A stretch of 64,000 nt of DNA from Octopus sinensis (GCF_006345805.1 NC_043000.1:6572001-6636000); one strand, 5' to 3'. Positions 49,801-64,000 are shown, numbered from the stretch's first letter. Notes: a model not told the origin generated them from the letters alone. Translations and numbers: made by a program.

Positions 49801-52800
49801 TGTCCAGAAGTTTGTTTCACAATCCCATGGTTCCAGGCTAATACTAATGCACAGCACTGAGCAGTGTCTTGTGCAAAAGTCATGAGTAAAACTGAGCAGA
49901 TGATAATCCATCAGATGAAGTGTATTTACAGCCAGTCTATCACCCAGTTGATCCACCTGACCTATAAGTGCTTTCAGCATTCAGACAAGATATTATGCTG
50001 CTTGCTATTGTATCAGCCCATAAGTGAAAGCTTCATCTTGCTTGTCTCAGAGCCAGTGGAAAAAGATCAAGGGTGCTGCTGCCCTTCTTCCCATGACTAA
50101 ATAAGATAACACATCTAATCATTAGATATGCAAACAAATGGGAAAAGCGTATGGTACGGCCCTCTTTTAACTATAAAAACGTAAATGGATGAAAAGCATA
50201 TTATATGACATATGGGTTACTAATGTTGAAGGAGTGCCTGAAAGAAATATGGAATAATATGGGTTTAACAACTGAGTGTGCAATAAAAAAGAAAGTCAAG
50301 TACAAATGAGCCAGAAAAGAAAGTGGATATTAACAGTATTAGTTGTTTTCTATAAGAGGATTTATTAATATAATGCAAATAGATTCAGTATTTTGTGTGA
50401 AACATATTCATACATTACAAGAAAATACATAATACACAGAGCCAGTTGTAAGAAATTGCAGATTTTTAAAAATGAAGTGATTGAAGACCAACATAGACTG
50501 TTGTGTACAACCATTCAATAAATGTTACAACAGATTGTTGTTGTTATTATTATTACCATTTAAAAAAAATCTTTTAGTACTTAACAATTTACAAAAATTA
50601 TTCAAACCCATTCAGATAAAAATTCAAAAACAATCTTAACTATATTTTTAAATAATGGCCACTTGAACAAAATAAAAATCAAAATTTTTTTAAGTGATGC
50701 ACAAGATATTCGATATATGATAATGAGAATTATAAAATAAGCACAGTGAAGTTGTTACATTGAATATTATAATTTCTTTTCAAAGACAAAAATAGAATAA
50801 GCACCAAGTCTTAGCCATGTTAGAAAACTGAATGTAACCTCTATTAAAGATATCACAAATGACATATACCTTTTGGACACTGACATTTTGTTATAGTCAA
50901 GAAGGTTGAAGTATATATATAAATATATATTCATCGGACTTGCAAACATGCTCATTTTTAACTTTCACTATATATCATTTCCATTATTATAAATAATCTC
51001 TGCCATAGAAGATACAAGGGTTGTTGACATTTATAATTGCACAAAAATTAGAAGCGGCAATTTCTCCATTAATAACTTTAGTAATGGTTAAAGGATTGAA
51101 ATAAAGCACAGATGCCAGTGTAGATCATGTTACAATCCTTGAACACAGGAACTTACTCTACACCCTTTAACAACTATAAATTTATATTTTCTGATATAGT
51201 CTTTTTAGATGCAATGATTCTGAACAACAATAAAGGGATAAAAAAATGAAGACAAGGACAGAGTAAGAGAAAAATTGAGGATAAAATAAATGAAATTCAC
51301 ACAAAATCCCCAAGGATGCTATATTGGAAAATATCTCCAGCCGCTGCTGAGGCAGTCGCAATCAAGCAGTCAGCAGCAGAACTTCCATAGCCTATTTCCA
51401 ACTAATTGCCTGACTAGTACTATGTATCAAGTTAAGAAATAGGAATCAAGCATTAGTCATGATGTGGTGATTGGCATTTCACCAACAAAACACTCATGAA
51501 AATAAATTTATAGACCTATCAAAACCATCACTGCTAAACTTATTCAGCTAAATTATATTTTAATTTCCTTTTAACCCAGATAAGCATTTTTTTCCCCCCT
51601 TGACCATTTAAAATTTAGATGACCACATTTAATAGCAACTATAGAATTTGACGCTCCAAAATTAAATCTTTTTACAAACATAACAGTATACACTCACTCC
51701 ATCTTTAACCAACATTTCTATACAAGAGTAATATAAATTTACTATTGTATTATAAGCGGCAAATGAAATCACTGCAGGTTTCATTTACTCAAAGCATTTA
51801 CATCTATTTCAGCAAAAACTAGTATTATATTACAATATCTTAGCAGTTCAAAAATGTTTATATTCAATTATGAATATAGTTGATACCCTGACTATTTTAA
51901 GGTGCTCTAACTTCCCCATCCTGTAGAACATCTTGTATTTCACTCAAAAGCAAAATTACATATAACAGGGTACAGTGCAAATTATGAGGGCTTTTATTTC
52001 AGTATCTCATGATAAACATACTTGATGGAATTCTCACGAATTGTAAGCTAAAATATATATTACATTTCAATAGTTGTGAAATAGACATTAAGCAAAAAAA
52101 AAAAAAAGAAAAATCTGGCTCCCTTTGTAAATGTTTCTATTTATTTTAATATGTCTTATGCCACCTTAATTCATTTTAATGAAGAAAACAAGAAAGTTTT
52201 CATGCAAATGCTTTCCTCCACTCCAGCCAACCCACCGTTTTCAAGAAAATGGTTGCAGATTGAAACATTTTTAGTTACAGTAAACATACAAGGTGATCCT
52301 AACAGTCCCACCACCTAAAATATATTTACTTATATCAAGACAATGTGATAAACACACGTGTGTTACCATATAATTTGTACTGAATCAGGGAAAGAGACAA
52401 AGTCAGCTTCAGTACTTTGTTTTGGCAATAATTTGGAGCTAAAGATGAGAGAAGCTACATCAATGTTGAGGTCATACAATAATGTTGCTAAAATCTTTGA
52501 AAATCAAAGTCTAATAATGCAATCATTTCTTTCATTTAGTAAAATGGAAAGAATTTTAACACTTTTATTTCTGTTTTTTGTTCAAATGGTGGGCAATAGC
52601 AATGTCAACTTCCAACTCAAATTCAACTGCAATGTTGCTGTACAAGATACAACTGATGCAACCAGAGTTGAACTTTTGTAACTTTTACACCGACAAAGTC
52701 GGGCAGAGCTTGCCATGATGTCACATAGAAAATTAACTGACACATGACAGCCTTGATTTACTTCTCCCATTCATTTCCATTGAGAGTTTCGATCAAACTC

Positions 52801-53342
52801 AAAACTGCCCAACATATGCATCTGCTATAAATTTCTTGAGACGCATTACAGTAAATCCAAAAATACAAGTGCAGTAAAAAAAAACAACCCTTTTCCTAGT
52901 TCGCTGACAAAGCAAATCAGAAGGTAGCCCTTCATTTGTACACCACCTAAGACCCTTTGTCAAGAATGCAACTGCAGGGGTTGATCTGGCAACCTATAAA
53001 TGTTAATGTGCAACATTCCTAGAATGTCTTGACATACCATTACTAATCTCAACTTTTATGATGGCAGAAATTGAGCCAGAATACTAGCATTGGCCTATTT
53101 TGATGATTGGGCCTTTTAGTTGTATCAAGCACATGCTACTGTTAAACATGATTTTACTGAACAACCCAATCTAATGGTGAACATCATTCCATATCAAACT
53201 TTGAAAGAAAGTTCTCAAAAATATTTTGTTTTGTAGCTATGTTGTGTTTTGTTAGTTGGCAATAATTTTTTTTTAAATCTACCAACATTGCAAGAAGCCA
53301 AGACACTATTAAGTGCCTGCTTGTAGAAAACTGGTCAGGTTT

Positions 53343-53495
53343 TCTATATTAATATTATATAATATTAAATCTATATTAATAATATATCTATTATATTAAT
53401 CTTATATTTATATTAATAATATATCAATATTAATATTATATAATATATCTATTATATTAATATTATATCTATACTAATAATATATCAATATTAAC
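53343..53495. repeat. AT-only degenerate tandem repeat (TATTAATAATATATC-like)
   Basis: Direct inspection. Confidence 0.75.
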
Positions 53496-54149
53496 CTCAA
53501 TCATAAAACCATTTATCAACATTGTCTATATAGCCCAAACTTAGCAACATCAACACAAAAAGCCTTATGGATACTCTAATATACACAAACACAAGCATAT
53601 ACTTTTATTGAAACTACAGCGAAAGAGAGTTTCCCTGCTTTAATCTGACAAAATATAAATCTGACATTAAAAACAGAAGAAAGTACACAAATACTGACAT
53701 GGAGTAAAGTTGCAAAAAGCATTAAAAACTTGAATCTAACAAGGCTATCATTTCTTTTAACATCTGTTGAAAAAAGTACAATACAAACAAATGGCAATAC
53801 ATTAATATATTTAATGTTTTTTTTTTGTTTTTTAAAGATGTATCTTAAGGCTTCTTACACCAAGTGTATTGAGCAATGATAGATTGAACTGTGACAAGAT
53901 TGTAGTTGGAGGAAATAAAAATAGTCAGGAAGAGTTCTCAGGAAACAGGAGTTGGTATAGAAGGGGGATTAGCATATTAAATGCATTTCAAGTGTAGATG
54001 AGTCCAGAAATTTGATAGTAGGCCAGTCAGTGGTAAGCAAATGCCACGGTTAGGTAGACAAGACCAAGTCTACATCATCATCATCATCATCATTTAACGT
54101 CCGTTCTCCATGCTAGCATGGGTTGGACAGCAGATATCCCCTCAGGATC

Positions 54150-54780
54150 TCTAGACATTTTTGCAGTGTAGAGTATATCTGTTTTTAACAGAATTAGCAG
54201 TGTTTCAAGGTTGAAATTATTTCAAGTACTAAAACAAATTTTCAATGTTCCAACTTTGACTCCTTCATAAGTAATTCAGAGCCTCTCTGTAAGAGATTGG
54301 GAATTGTGAGGTGTAGAGTCTTTAAAGAAAATGGTCATGTTGTGTACTGTTCATTTGCAGAGAGGATGCTGAAATGTTATTTTACTGAAACATGAAAATG
54401 TCTGTTTTGAGAAAAACATCAACTTTTGCAAGAAAATTGCAGTCTCCATTATGATATATGCCTAGATTGTGTGGACAGGGTTGGTGTGTAATAACTGAGA
54501 GTAGGGTGGCACAAAAGAAGCAGAGGTATGGTATTGATGAAAGTTAGTTAGATAATACATGAAACAAGATTACTGATTCATTAGAAAGCTTTCAGCTGAA
54601 AGAGTTAATAGGGGAAGAGTAGCATTGCCATTTTCATTTTATGCCATACAAGGTAGAAAAGTTTGCTGATGTCAAGGGCAACAACTTTGCAAAAGTAAAA
54701 TTTCAAAAGCAAGATACTGACTGAAGTGCAAAATTAAAGTGGGTGTCTCCAATTGAATGACTGAAGACGGATATAATCAG
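54150..54780 (-). mobile_element. Fossil non-LTR RT fragment (CR1/L2/Jockey group)
   Basis: Minus strand of 54638-54686 encodes VVALDISKLFYLVWHK, resembling the VALDISKAFDRVWH RT motif; boundaries approximate. Confidence 0.4.
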
Positions 54781-55214
54781 AAGGGTTCGTATAAACTATC
54801 AATTTAGAAATGAGGAACAAAAAGACGATAATAATAAATAACAAGCTAAATAAAAGAGGTTGAGGCATAGAATTGTTTTCAATATTTTGAGAAATTAGAA
54901 CAGAAGCTAATTTAAGGACCTAGTGCTCCTAAGTGAGAGGATTGCACTTATCAATTCTAGTTAACCTTTTGGATATGTTTTAAGATCCCTGAAAAGAAGT
55001 TAGCTAAAATAAACAGCAACATATTTACTAAAAATGTTAAAATAAGCTACGGTGACAACATAGGAGTGTTTGTTTGTTTTTTCTATTTACATGTAAATAG
55101 AAAAAAGAAAATGAAACAAAAATTCACAATTTTTAATTAAGATAAAAATCAACAATAGTAAATAGAAGGTGCCAACAAAATTTCCAAAAATATACCTACA
55201 GTTTTAAAACTTAC

Positions 55215-55295
55215 TTTAGGAGATGCCTGTCGCTCTTGCTGTGCATGTTTCACACTAGTTTGGTTAACTGCCTCTTCCAGCACCTCCACATTGTT
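55215..55295 (-). CDS. Internal 81-nt exon of an unidentified host gene (NNVEVLEEAVNQTSVKHAQQERQASPK)
   Basis: Minus strand TTTTCCCCATCGTCTAG|...CCTAAA|GTAAGT; length divisible by 3, open in phase 0, GC clearly above flanks. Confidence 0.65.
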
Positions 55296-55904
55296 CTAGA
55301 CGATGGGGAAAAGGAGCACAACATTTCAGTTTCTTGCACAACACAGGGTAGATTAAAAACATGCATAGTTTAATTATACCAGTTGTCCATGCTGGTTTTA
55401 AGTAAACGTTCCGCCATTTGCTAAAGTACCGATGTACTTAGCAAATACCAACCATTACATCATGCATTGTATTTAGTATTTTAAACACTTAAGATGAAAC
55501 TTTTTATAACAAGGTTAGAAACTGGTTATTTGTAACAATGTTAGAGGCTGGTTATTTTAACAATGTTAGTAACAGCAGCAAAAACATGATGTAAGTCTAA
55601 TTCTATCTTAAATATATTCAAAAATATATTATAGCATACTCTTTTCTAGTTTCTGATGTTTGATGCCATATTCATTTTTATTACCATTTTACCCAAGTAT
55701 ACAATTTAGCCCCACTGAAAAGTAAAGTGGTTATACCAAAGGTTTTGTCTCTGGATGGAAAGTGGGATCAACCTAATTAGCTTCTAGTCCAGTTAGATCT
55801 TCATTAGACAGACCAGTTCAGCTCTATCCAAGTCTATACACACTATATATAGCCAAATTTATAAATAAGTCTATAAAGTATAAATAGCCAAATCTAAACC
55901 TTCT

Positions 55905-56315
55905 GCCATCATTTTCATGTCCACTTTTCCACAATTGCATGGGTCGGAGAGAATTTCTTTGAGGCAGGTTTTTTATGCCTATATGCCCTTCCTGTCACCA
56001 CCCCTTGCTCATTTCCAAGTAAGGTAATTTTTCTCCATAACCAGACATGTTTTTATGGAGGATTGGCAATGAAGGACACTGCATGCATGACAGTGACATT
56101 CTCTTATAACCATTACATGGGGTTCAGGCAAAGAGACTCTTTCATACACACATACAAAAGGCTTCTACCAGTTTCAGTAGGCCAAATCCACTCACAATGC
56201 ACTGGCCAGCTCAGTGCTATAGCAGATGCTTGCCTAAGGTGCCACACGGTGGGATTGAACTTAAAACCATGTGGTTGTGAAGCAAATTTCTTACCACACA
56301 GCCATGCCTGCACCT
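55905..56315 (-). mobile_element. Composite SINE (tRNA-like head, RTE-like tail) interrupting a TACACTATAAATAGC-like minisatellite
   Basis: Minus-strand head GGCATGGCTGTGTGGTAAG...; plus-strand ATGCCCTTCCTG tail motif; the repeat occurs on both sides (~55835-55895 and ~56320-56495). Confidence 0.65.
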
Positions 56316-56619
56316 ACATTATAAATAACCAAATCTATAAAAAAAAAAGTCTGTACACAGTTAACCCTATAAACAGTCTAAATACACTATAAATAGCCAT
56401 AAACAAGTTAGTATACACTATAAATAGCTATATCTATATACAGTATAAATAGCTAATCTATAAACAACTCTGCATACACTATAAATAGCTAAATCTGTGG
56501 TGTAGCCACTATGTTTACTTTTCACAGCATGACTAAATTCCATGCTTTTGAAGTTATAACCACTAGATAGAACATCCATATCTACCTAAGCAGTCAAGTA
56601 TCACAATACCAAACGAGTT

Positions 56620-57860
56620 GGATCTGGTTCTACTCAGACAATTAAGCAAACTATTCTATTAGGATGTTGTATCATTTTCCACAGGCGTTTTTCTTAAAAC
56701 TTATCCAGTAAAATGATTTATGGGAGTTACAATCCACTAAAGACTGATGATGACTGTCCATAGGAAATGTCGGGAGTTGGAGGTAAATCCACCACTTCCA
56801 GTGCTTTCTGTTCATAGCTGCCATGAGTATCATGCCAAATCTCTCAAGTTATGTTTAGCCATGCATCTCAAACTGGGGTCCACCCTAGGTTCTCTAGTAT
56901 TACCAGATAACTATCATTAGACTATCCTGGCAACTAACATGCCAAAAGCTAGTGGAGACTTAAATGTACCAATAGTTCTACAATGCTCAGAAGATTGGCT
57001 TTCTGTAAGACTGAGGATATTTGCAACCTTATCTTTTCATGACCTGAAATGCATGCAGTTTTTTTTTAATCATTATTCATGCATGCAACCTCTATAATAG
57101 AGTGGATAATATTATTGCCTGGCATACTTCGTGCTTCATTTGAGTCAAAACATGCTCGTAACTCTTTCAACTTTCCAAATGCTGGGCTGGCCCTGCTCAT
57201 CCTGTGATTGACCTCATCAATGAGTTGACAAACCATCGCTTGTAATTGGCTGGCCTCTGCCAGACTCTGCCATCTAATGATGACTGGATTCAAGTTGTGC
57301 CACTTGGATTGAATCCAGATTTGGCTGACAAAGAATTAAACTTTGTAATTACACTAACAAAGATAAGGAGATGATCTTCAGTGAACAACAATTCCCTCAC
57401 CAACATATAGATGGTATTTGTCATAGCTTTCAGATACAATACTTTAAGCAGATTAGCATCAAGTATCTTCAGTATACATTTACTTTCTTAAACATCACTG
57501 ACAAAGCACACAGCCATCAAACTGTGCAAAGCTGGGACAGACCAGGATGGCCTGAGCACTTTTACCAGTGTTTATGGGATGTCATTTAATCTGAACCTTC
57601 TTAACATCTGCCACACACCCAACCAAAAATTTAAGTCAACAAGGACTGCATATAATGTTTCTCTTTTCCATTTTCCTACATTTTTGTTAGAATCCTGTCT
57701 ACTCGTGACCCAAGGTGACCAATACACTCAGTGAATAACTATTGTAACATCACATTTTCCAAAGTTTCCAGCTCAATGTGACCTGAAACAGTGAGCAATG
57801 ATTGTTGGAAATATTATAATACTGCACCTGGCCAGGTCATTAATTTGTGAAATCTGTGTC
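56620..57860 (-). mobile_element. Fossil BovB-like RTE LINE fragment
   Basis: Minus-strand VRELLFTED (~57375-57400; cf. RELLFADD) and DEVNHRMSRASPAFGKL (57170-57220; cf. DEV..RIAKASSAFGRL); boundaries approximate. Confidence 0.6.
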
Positions 57861-58073
57861 TTTGGCTAAGCTCTGTAGCTTCATTTTTATAATTCAAAGC
57901 ATATCCAATCAAAATCCTTTTGAATAAACTTTTATCAGCTGAGAAAGTCTGCTCTTAGCAATCATATATACATACACACACTTAGTGGAGAATGAACTCC
58001 AAATGCAAATTGCGGAAGAGAGAGATTTCCAACATCTATTTTATTATAGTTTCTCACTTGCTATATACCTCAC

Positions 58074-58106
58074 CTTCACAGAACAAAGACTGCTTCGGAA
58101 TAAACA
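58074..58106 (-). CDS. Possible 33-nt micro-exon (CLFRSSLCSVK)
   Basis: TTACTTTTCAG|...GTGAAG|GTGAGG, phase 0, compatible with the 55215-55295 exon; may be chance. Confidence 0.25.
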
Positions 58107-60710
58107 CTGAAAAGTAACACTAAATCTATTACTGACTGAACAACTCCGAGTAGAGTTTACATGTTGCTATTTATGTTAACTGGCATTTTTATCTTATACA
58201 TTTCTAATGCCTGCACTATCATACCCAACATCAATTTCTTCATTTGCAGACCCACTTTTACAGCAAACTTGCAGATCAAGATGGAAAGTATCAATTGAAG
58301 ACATTGACTTCCACTTGACTTGGTCTTCTTAATAATACAAGGCATTGTGCCAAGTTAGAAATCAAAAGGAAAAGAACTTGAAAGAATATCTTATAAAAAA
58401 AGAAAGAAAAAGGAGATACCTAAGACGTATGCCCTTTTTCTACATTACATGTGATTAAACCTAATTTTTGTTGCAAAATTTTTTATTTCATTTTGAAAAT
58501 GGTAAGTTACTGAATCTTGCCACTTTGTCAGTTAAAATAGATCTGCAGGTCAATGGTTTTTATTACTCTTGTTAATATCTAGAAGTGAATTCGTGTTCAC
58601 TAGGGCCATACCACATAACAGATAGAGACCTACTTTGGAGTAGTTTAAAATTGAAAATTATAATATCCATGCCATTTGAGCATCCAGTGTTATATTTTTT
58701 GATAAATTCATAATTTTTTTAATTTATCCTTTGCAAATTATAGAACATTAATAGAAACAAATGTTTAACATTATTTTTTAACAATTCAGTGTCTAAATTT
58801 TAAATTCTAGTAGTTCAATATACCTGTCTAAAATCATGCAGTAATTCATTTAGCCAGTAATGTGAATCAGTCCACCCCTATTATCTCTTCTATACAGAGT
58901 CTCTTTCTTACAGTACATAACTGTGTTTATATTTTGTTTGCTTTTTAAGGTATTTATACATTAAAATATTCAAATTGGAAAAAGGACAAGAAAATGAAAA
59001 TAGTGTTTGATTATAACCAATTAAATTATAGAAGAAATGGTTCATTGCATAATAAACTTTTCCTGTTTTTCCAGCTTTTAAATTTCACCTGACCCTATCT
59101 AAAACAATATTTCATTCTAATTTCAAAATAGAATTCAAGTATCTATGCATAACCTGTTAACAAAAAAAAAAAAAATTTAACTGCAATTTATTTTTAGAAT
59201 TTCTAGGGTGGGGCTGAATAAACACAGTTTAATATTGAGGAAATATAATGCTCTAAATAGAAACATATTCCATTTACAGATATGGGCGCAATAAATAAAA
59301 GCTATCATTATCAATTTTTAGGTACACTCACCCATTTATATATAATTTTATTTTATAAAATATCATTTCAAATTTATCTTTTTTTTTTTTAATTTACCTG
59401 TATTTCTAATTTACCAGCAAAATGAGTGACAAATTGTGATTGTGTGTATTTACATGCATGAATTTATCTTACTTTGTTATGTGCAGGTTAATTTATTTAA
59501 TCTTGTACTTTTCTTCAAATTTCAAAATTTTGGGTATACCTGTTTTATGTACATTCAAGTTCATCTGAAAATTCAGTAACGTGTCCAATTCCTCTTCATT
59601 AACATATTTTATACCCAACTGATATAATTAGCTAACTTACTTAGTAAGGTGATGTTCAAACAAAATTTAAATAAATTTCACAAGATTCGCTTTCTGGGGA
59701 AAATTATTTAATAAATTTATTAAATATTTTGTTGTGTTCCAAAAACCACATTCACGTCAATAAATAAAAGTTATAGTTGTCTTATGAAACTGGTCTAAAT
59801 TCACTTTTTTTTTAGAATTTTACGCAAAGTTTGTTTTAATTAGGAACATAGTAGCAAAAGGGTTAAAACCTTGCAAGTTAGTGATTGCCAAGAAAACAAG
59901 AATAAATAGAAAAGGTCAGAAAGCTGCAGCTCAGAGGAAAAAAGATGAGGCTAAGTATTTAGTAGAAAATCTGGAGTAGAGTAAGACATGGTAGGGGCAG
60001 GGCACAAGGGAAGAGAATTCAAATAGAGACTTTAGCTGGAGTTGATATTTAATCAGTAAGTTAAAAGGAGTGGAGAAACCTAGGTAGCAGGGACAAGGAA
60101 AACAGGTTGATGGTGAACAAGTGATTGAGGAGTGTCAGCGATTGACAATTAGGCAGACAGCAATTTTTTTTTAATGTTTTTGTCCAAAATGTATGGGTCC
60201 CTAGAAAGGACATCAGGACATCTTCCTAGGTGTTTCAGCAATCCTCTGGTTTAAGATATACTTATCCTTTGTGTTTGGGTTGTAACTGTTTATAGCATTT
60301 TTCCTGGCTCTAAAAAGGAATCTGAGGTTTATTGATTGTAAGATTTCTTATAAATCTAAAAAAGAAATTTTTTTGTCTGAAAACTTTACTTACTTCTACA
60401 GGAGGCATTTCAAACACACACTTAAGTTTAGAATCCATCAAGTTCTCAGGGGAAACATCTTTCCACTGAAAAATAAATTAAGTTGGAATCTTAAAAATTC
60501 TGAAAAAATACACAAAAATACTCAAAATATTCTGAACATATACTTAGTTCACAAGAAATTAGGAAACAAAAAATACAAGTAGATATTTACATAATTTGAA
60601 GTATTTAAAAAGAATATATATTATAAAGGACAAGTGTACCCACGATCACTTTGCTCAGCAAATTGTCATTGATAAAAAAAAAAATATGCATGCATGTATA
60701 AATTTATATA

Positions 60711-60895
60711 TAGCTGCTCAGGCACTATTATAACTGAGCAGAATGTTTTTGCTGTTTCAGGCATCAATGCATTCACAAGAAAATATTTTTCCCATCAAAT
60801 ATGTTGATAAATCCTCATTTGTAGGATCAACATCATTGATGGAGGTAACATTGCTCACACTGAAATTTGAAAGACGTGATGGGCTTCCAAAATTT
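60711..60895 (-). mobile_element. Short paralogous fragment of the fossil Helitron helicase
   Basis: Aligns by eye with 62900-63085 (CAGAATGTTTTT...TGCATTCACAAGA...TTTTCCCATCAAATATGTTGATAA...ATGGGCTTCCAAA). Confidence 0.7.
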
Positions 60896-62549
60896 GGTTT
60901 AGGTGGCTATGTGGTTGAGAAGTTTCCATTTCCCAACCACAGGAATCTGGGCTCAGCTCCACGGTGAGGCACTTTAAGCAAGTGTCTTCTACTATAGTTC
61001 TGGGTTGATCAAAGCCTTGCGAGTAGATTTGGTATATGAAAACTGTAGAAATCCAAACATGTATGCATGTGTGTGTGTCCCTTTATCTTGATATCATACA
61101 ATGACTGTTAAATAAAAAGGACCACTATCTTTTACAAGCAGTGTTATTCCAAGAAAACATGTCCAGCCATGAGAACACAGGTTGAAGGTTGGCAGCAGGA
61201 AGGGCAACCGGCCATAGAAAAATCTTTGTCAATGAATACTGTTTGAGCCATGCCTTAATGAAAGTTAAAATGAAGAAGAAACAGTTTAGAGAGAGTTCAG
61301 GGAGCCATTACAACTGCTGGCAACAAAGGTCTTTTTCTACAGAGTGATGGGCAAATTGTATGAGGCTTGAGTTAGAATTGCAGATTTTAGTGTGCATCAA
61401 AGTAGACTGCAATGGTATGAACATGAGATGATTTGGTTGTGTAAAGTACCAATCAATAAATGTGGCTGGAGTTTGTGAGCAAAGGAGACCCAGAAAGCCA
61501 TGAAACAAAAGCGAAGGCAGACCTCAGGGACCCTGAGCTTCACACAAGAGATGACAAAAGACTGAGAAGTCTGGTTATGTGTGTGATACTTAAGGTTTAC
61601 CTTATCATGGCAAAACTGACTTCTGGAAGTACAGTTAGCACACTTTTTTTTTTAACTATGTGCACAAATGAGCCTCTCACCCACCAACATCTCTTCCACT
61701 GCAGCTCCTCCCATCCCAGATACCACATCTTCTCATCCATTAATATTGTTCTCTACACCTACATGTTACATTGATCCCTTGATCCCCCACACTAGACCAC
61801 AGAAATCTATCCTCCTGCACTACACCCGATTCTCACTCCCCACTCCTCTGTAGTCTACCCAAACACATCATCTCTCCCGTGTTCTCCATGTCCACTGTAT
61901 CATCATTACTATCTGTTATTGCTTTCTTGCATCTCTCTCTATCTCCCCAATTCATGACCTTTGGCCATTCCTGCATCCAGGATTCAACCTTTACCAATCC
62001 CTATAGACATTACCTATCTCTCTCACTTCATTTCCCAACACCTGCCTCCCAAAACACACATAACTCATGCAAACTCCCACCCACACCTAGTTTCTCACCC
62101 CCACTCACTTCTACTTACCTTATGTGCCACTTGGACACTGCATCACCGTTATTTATCTCTTTGCAGCAACTACTAATTCATTTCTCCCTCTCTCCTAAAT
62201 GTAGGTAGCCATGTAGCTCCCCCTACAACAAGAATTTACTCTGCTCCCACCCCACCCCCTTCTCTTGTATCTTAACCCTCATCTGCTAGCATAAAACTCC
62301 TCCCTTCAAGTTTCACAGGCCTGCAAACTGCAGATCCAGCTCAGTAGCAGCATGAGAAAAACTGGCCAGCACATGCTGTAAAGTGGATGGCATTAAGAAG
62401 GGCACCCAGTCATAGAAACCCTGATAAAGCAGATACTGGAGCCTGGTGCAATCCATGGACCCATTGGATCCTATCAAACAGTGCAATCCATACCAGCATG
62501 GGTATGGACATTAAATGATGATGATAAAGCTACAGGTAAACATTTAAGT

Positions 62550-63900
62550 ATACTATGACTTGTACAATATGTCACTATACTTACAGCACTCAGCAGTTCC
62601 TGACAAACTTAACAAACCTATTTTACTTGGTGACTGATATTGAAATCACAACTGCTTTGCAAGAATGACTTGAACTAGAAGCTGCATAGCAGTTAATAAC
62701 CATGTGATATTAGATCTCAGTTGAACTTTTAGTACAATGTTTTCACCTTCAGTAACAATGCTGTCCTCAACCATGCAGTCATGTAAGTAGGCTATTCAAA
62801 TTCTTGTTCTACTACAAAGTGCCATAATCTTAATTAAACTTTGCATCTGCATTATAACAATGTCCTTTTATCACAGTATGTGATATCACTCCAAAGATAT
62901 AGTTGCTCAGGTACTCCATTATATAATTGAACAGAATGTTTTTATCATTGCAGGTATCAGTGCATTCACAAGATATTTTCCCATCAAATATGTTGATAAT
63001 TCCTTATTTGTAGAATCAACATCATCATTGGGAGATAATATTGCTCATACTGATATTTGAAAGATCCAATGGGCTTCCAAATCTTCATTTATCATTTCAC
63101 ATTCATCCAATACAATTTCAATGCCATTTGGAAGCACAATCTTGTCATCAATATCGAGTTGTTTCATTTATTTCAAACACAAAGTCGGCTCAATCATTCT
63201 CCTCTCAATTCTGTCATCTCACAGTCACAAGTTTCAGTGTCATCACTCTTCTGAAATGAAGAATGGGTTCTAATTATGTTCACAATAGCAGCTGAGCCAG
63301 TTTTCTATAAGTTAGGAAATGTCTGACGAAAATCCCTTAGAAACATGACACCATGATTTTGCCATGATCAAAAAATAAACTATTTTGTAAACGACCATGA
63401 AATGCACAATCAACAGCTTCATACACATACCTCAACATCTCTGATGCTTCATTCACACAGGTGAAATCAGTCTCGAATTATTTTTGCCAGTTTGTTGTGA
63501 ACATCAATACTGCAAACAGAATCCCTGTCAATGGAAATTGGAATATGGAAAGTTGTATAACCACTTTGGTAGAACAATGCAGCCAGTTCCTTGTAGATTC
63601 AACAGCGACAACTAGAGGCCTCCTCACATGTTCAAGTGAAATATATCTTTCTGGAACTGCCAGGAACATCAATAAAGAAATGAATCTGGGTTGTTACTCT
63701 CTAAGAGATTAAGGTGTCAAAAGCATGTCAGTGTTGTTGCTTTAATATTTCTTCCCAGCAGTTTGTTCCAATCCAATGCAGATTGTTGCCATCAATGTAT
63801 GGAAGTGATTCAAGACATTCTGATGCTTTGAGTGCAGATAACTCAGAGATGAGCAGAAAGGAAGTTCTATCAGGGAGTTTGCAAATCAGTGATAACTTTC
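62550..63900 (-). pseudogene. Highly decayed Helitron PIF1-like helicase
   Basis: Collinear degenerate motifs on the minus strand: FFIDVPGSSRK (motif I), VVAVEST, FHIPISID..SVCSI...LAKII, NEASEMLRYVYEAVD (motif II), GKIMV/DFRQTFP (motif III), ILSPNDDVDSTN, LCSRTRI. Confidence 0.7.
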
Positions 63901-64000
63901 TTCTCAAGCAGTTCAGTCATCATCATCATCATCATCAACGGGATGCTAAAGTCAACGATCTTCTTGTGGCTTGGAAAGAATCTCAACTGATCTGAGATTT

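Overview
Eukaryotic, AT-rich, repeat-dense genomic DNA. The SINE/LINE families and the heavy (TA)n/(CA)n/(GATA)n/(CAT)n load suggest a coleoid cephalopod such as Octopus (inference only). Most ORFs in the track are microsatellite or antisense artefacts. Recognisable elements: a complete CsRn1-type Ty3/Gypsy LTR retrotransposon (18563-23835; CATG TSD, tRNA-Trp PBS, near-identical LTRs), a short Helitron derivative carrying a PIF1-helicase C-terminus (17020-17967), a 5'-truncated RTE LINE with a PHD-like finger (29331-32344) and many copies of its 3' tail, tRNA-derived SINEs, MITEs, fossil LINE and Helitron fragments, one 100-N gap, and one convincing minus-strand host exon (55215-55295). The most notable feature is a >99% identical 363-bp head-to-tail array (24223-26316, about 5.8 units). 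Every unit carries a type I hammerhead ribozyme with a compensatory U3-A8 core pair, a palindromic 2-bp stem III, a GUC cleavage triplet and a Schistosoma-like extended stem I/loop 2, inside a highly base-paired monomer. It is a candidate retrozyme (viroid-like circRNA retroelement). Several dispersed minimal Penelope-type hammerhead motifs also abut (TA)n tracts, and two truncated copies start at the predicted cleavage site. All calls were made by eye; no database search or folding program was run.
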